Shown here: positions 61,177 to 64,000 of the stretch, one piece after another
Layout of the letters: every line of letters starts with the position of its first letter
Numbering within the stretch: position 1 is the first letter of the stretch
Assembly (NCBI GenBank): GCA_965221905.1
Contig: OZ244922.1
Span: 1,568,001-1,632,000, forward strand
Length of the DNA stretch: 64,000 nt
From: Chloroflexota bacterium
GTDB lineage: Bacteria; Chloroflexota; UBA11872; VXOZ01
Reading direction: 5' to 3'
Made by a program: the position numbers and the translations under genes
The notes under the pieces: model-generated
Database searches by the model: none
What the model was told of the DNA's origin: nothing
What the model saw: the letters and a program-made list of their open reading frames with translations, nothing else

Positions 61177-62127
61177 CTAGCCACCTGTAAGTTCTGTGTA
61201 GTGGGCAAATAAGGTTGCCGGTAAGCCTGTAGGCAGCCCCGTGCGAGGATCGACGGTGAAGGGCATCTCCGCTGCCAGCACTTGCGTCGCGGCAAGAGCA
61301 ACCGCTAGGAATCCGGCGCCAGCGTGCGCCTTGAGCGACTCTGCAACCGCTTGGCCAATCATCTGCACGACGTTAATGCTGTCCTGAACGGTCTGCTCTG
61401 CATCCTTGCCGGTACGCAGGGCGTCGCGGGCATCGTGCGTCCAGAGATAGCGATGGGCCAGCGCCAAGGTCTCAATGCCTAAGGACGCTAGCCGACGCAT
61501 GGAATGTTCGTAGCCGCGGGCAGTGTAGTACAGGGGAAACGTACCTGGCTTGCTGCCAAGTCCCTGCACGGCGTCGCCAACGAAGGCGATCTGCTTGGCT
61601 TCCCAATAATAGGCAATGCTGCCTGGCGAATGGCCGGGCAGGTGCACCACACGGAGCTGAATGTCCTCACCGAGGTCGACGATTTCGTCATGTTCCAACT
61701 TCCGGTGCACCGCAGAAGGTCCGGTGACCGTATGCAAGAATTGCGCGCGTCGTGCCGAGAGGTCTTGTCCGAGGACGTGCTTGTCGGCGTGCCAGATGTA
61801 ATCCATGTGCGCCTCGAGGTCTTCGACGAGGAATGCATCTTCACTGTGCATATAGACCTGCGCCTCAGTTTGGCTGAGCAGCGCGTGGTTGCCGCCCATG
61901 TGGTCCTGGTGCCCGTGGGTATTGAGGATGACGTCGATGTCGCTGAGCGTCAGATCCAGCGCACGCAGCGCGGGCTCGATGCACTCTCGCGGCGTGTCGG
62001 ATGCGCCCGTGTCGATGAGAGCGCGGGTGGGACCGTCGATGAAGAAGAGTTCGACGATGCTGTCCCAATTCCAAATGGCAGTTATGCGGTGAATTCTTGG
62101 GTCTTGGGCCAATCTACTCAGTGCCAT
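61177..62127 (-). CDS. MBL-fold metallo-hydrolase
   Basis: LIDTG, THGHQDHMGG, PGHSPG, GDA, LAH. Confidence 0.92.
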   Translation of the reverse strand: MALSRLAQDPRIHRITAIWNWDSIVELFFIDGPTRALIDTGASDTPRECIEPALRALDLTLSDIDVILNTHGHQDHMGGNHALLSQTEAQVYMHSEDAFLVEDLEAHMDYIWHADKHVLGQDLSARRAQFLHTVTGPSAVHRKLEHDEIVDLGEDIQLRVVHLPGHSPGSIAYYWEAKQIAFVGDAVQGLGSKPGTFPLYYTARGYEHSMRRLASLGIETLALAHRYLWTHDARDALRTGKDAEQTVQDSINVVQMIGQAVAESLKAHAGAGFLAVALAATQVLAAEMPFTVDPRTGLPTGLPATLFAHYTELTGG

Positions 62128-62249
62128 GAGCTCTTTTCCAGATTGAAATACAGTGCTATTCAGTATGGCAAGTCTAGCACAGTGTTGGCGGAGAGTGAGG
62201 GAACAAGTACAATTGATTTAGACGTTCCCTTGGGAAAAGGAGTGGATAG

Positions 62250-63440
62250 ATGGCCGTGCCGAACATTGCCGCGCGTACCGAATTGCTAAAGGGAGAATCG
62301 GCGTTTGCCGTCCTTGCGCGCGCCCGCAGATTGGAGAGTGCCGGCAAAGACATCATCCACTTGGAGATTGGAGAGCCGGATTTTCCTACGCCTGAGAATG
62401 TGGTGGCCGCCGGGGTGCAGGCGTTGCAGGATGGGCATACGCACTACGGTCCCACGCCCGGTTTGATGCCGTGCCGCGAGGCCATTGCGCACTACGTGCA
62501 GCAGGGCTGGGGGGTTGAGACGTCGCCGGAGAACGTGGTGGTAACGCCGGGGGCAAAGCCCATAGTCTTTGCCGGCATCTTGGCCACGGTCAATCCTGGC
62601 GATGAGGCGATCTACCCGGACCCCGGGTTCCCTACGTATGATTCAATGCTGCGGTTCGCCGGGGCGAACAGGGTACCGCTTAAGCTCTATGAAGAGCGCC
62701 AGTTCCGCTGGGACCTTGATGAATTGCGGGACAGCATCACGGATAAGACACGACTCATAATCTTGAATGCGCCACATAACCCAACCGGCGGCGTGTTCAC
62801 GGCGGAGGAGTTGGGGGCGATTGCCGACATGGTGCGCGGTAGGCCGATCTGGGTGCTGAGCGATGAAATCTACAGCCGCATCATCTACGAAGGCAGCCAT
62901 GCATCTATCCTGGCCCATCCGGGAATGCAGGAACAGACAATTCTGCTGGACGGCCATTCAAAGACGTATGCGATGACCGGTTGGCGTTTGGGCTACGGCG
63001 TGATGCCGGTCGCTCTCGCTGAGAAAGTGGGGCTAATCCTTAACAACGCCACTTCGTGCACGGCGAGCTTTACGCAGATAGCAGGAATCGAGGCGCTCAC
63101 AGGGCCGCAGGACTCGGTAGATGCAATGGTGGCGGAATTTCGCCGCCGGCGTGACGCCTTCATCGGAGCCCTCAATGCGATTGACGGCCTCTCGTGCTTG
63201 CTGCCGCATGGCGCGTTCTACGCCTTTTGCAACGTGAAGAAACTTGGCGTGGGTTCAGCGCGCTTGGAACGGTATTGGTTGGAGGAAGCAGGAGTGGCCT
63301 CGCTCTCCGGCACGGGCTTTGGCGCTGCGGGCGAAGGCTACGTGCGGTTTTCTTTCGCTAACTCGCTGGAAAACTTAATGGCCGCTGCGGAGCGCATTGA
63401 GGCAGCAATGCCGGGCGCACGGGATCTTGCAGGCGAGTGA
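62250..63440 (+). CDS. PLP-dependent aminotransferase class I/II (aspartate aminotransferase-like)
   Basis: GEPDF.TP, TPGAK, N.PHNPTG, SDEIY, SKTYAMTGWRLG. Confidence 0.95.
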   Translation: MAVPNIAARTELLKGESAFAVLARARRLESAGKDIIHLEIGEPDFPTPENVVAAGVQALQDGHTHYGPTPGLMPCREAIAHYVQQGWGVETSPENVVVTPGAKPIVFAGILATVNPGDEAIYPDPGFPTYDSMLRFAGANRVPLKLYEERQFRWDLDELRDSITDKTRLIILNAPHNPTGGVFTAEELGAIADMVRGRPIWVLSDEIYSRIIYEGSHASILAHPGMQEQTILLDGHSKTYAMTGWRLGYGVMPVALAEKVGLILNNATSCTASFTQIAGIEALTGPQDSVDAMVAEFRRRRDAFIGALNAIDGLSCLLPHGAFYAFCNVKKLGVGSARLERYWLEEAGVASLSGTGFGAAGEGYVRFSFANSLENLMAAAERIEAAMPGARDLAGE

Positions 63441-63747
63441 ATCCTGTTCTCTGGCTCTCTTGCTAGTGGATGGCGCGCGCCTGTAGAGATAGGCTGCCAC
63501 GTTGTGAGAACCTCCTACTACGTCCGAGTAGACGCGGGTTGCAAACCTGCGCTACCGGAAGCAGTAGAGAAAACGTTGCGGCGCGGCTACGTCCACTCCA
63601 GCATCACTAGCGCACTAGCAATATAGAACCCAAGTAGGAAGCTCGTTCTCTTACTCCCTCGAGGAAGAGGGCCGGGGTGAGGGTGTCCCAGCAGAGTTCC
63701 TCAGCCCATCTTTTCTCAATTGGCCCCGATTAGGCCGCTCTTCGCTT

Positions 63748-64000
63748 CTAGATCCATTCCAGAATCACGCCCATGGCGTCTTCCGGGTGCTCATAGAGCA
63801 AGTCAAAGGCTTCCTTCGCCTGGCTGCCTGGGAAGCGATGGGTAACGAGCGGCGCTGCGCGCACGAGGCCGTTGGAGAGCGCCTCCATTGCCGCGCGGGC
63901 TATGGCGTTCATGTCGGTATCCGGTAGATAGCCCCCAATTAGACGCTTGCGCTGCATCTTGCCGGCGTCCAACGGCAGCGGGCCGTCGTGGTAGAGACCG
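63748..64000 (-). CDS. Zinc-binding (MDR) dehydrogenase, C-terminal part; 5' end off window
   Basis: PLVTHRFP....EAF.LL....AMGVILEW C-terminal signature. Confidence 0.7.
   Translation of the reverse strand, partial: GLYHDGPLPLDAGKMQRKRLIGGYLPDTDMNAIARAAMEALSNGLVRAAPLVTHRFPGSQAKEAFDLLYEHPEDAMGVILEWI

Overview
A GC-rich bacterial chromosome segment, most likely from Chloroflexota. The taxonomic call is inferred from Tat-exported sugar-binding lipoproteins, expanded PhyH dioxygenases, TPR proteins, and the style of EF-P and GreA; the content resembles host- or sponge-associated lineages. The window holds about 50 CDSs and three tRNAs: Arg-GCG, Gly-CCC and Leu-CAG. Housekeeping genes include pepP-efp-accB-like, tatA, ctpA, murJ, ppc, hflKC, ferritin, accDA, nfeD-SPFH, nagB, rsmG, lepB, radC and greA. 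Accessory content includes a ROK-linked catabolic cluster, a DrrAB-type exporter, many REP/REPIN palindromes and a decayed IS remnant. I found no CRISPR array, prophage or intact transposase. The most unusual signals come from reading motifs by eye: (1) GreA fused to a tyrosine-recombinase core-binding-like N-terminal domain just downstream of tRNA-Leu; (2) a BCCP homologue at the efp-accB position that lacks the biotin-acceptor lysine (BADC-like); (3) an MMPL transporter fused to a C-terminal LysM domain; (4) a PEP carboxylase lacking two aspartate-inhibition residues; (5) an M20 hydrolase with a rewired metal site; (6) a lipoprotein with five Cys-paired acidic repeats behind a structured leader. 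No database searches were run.
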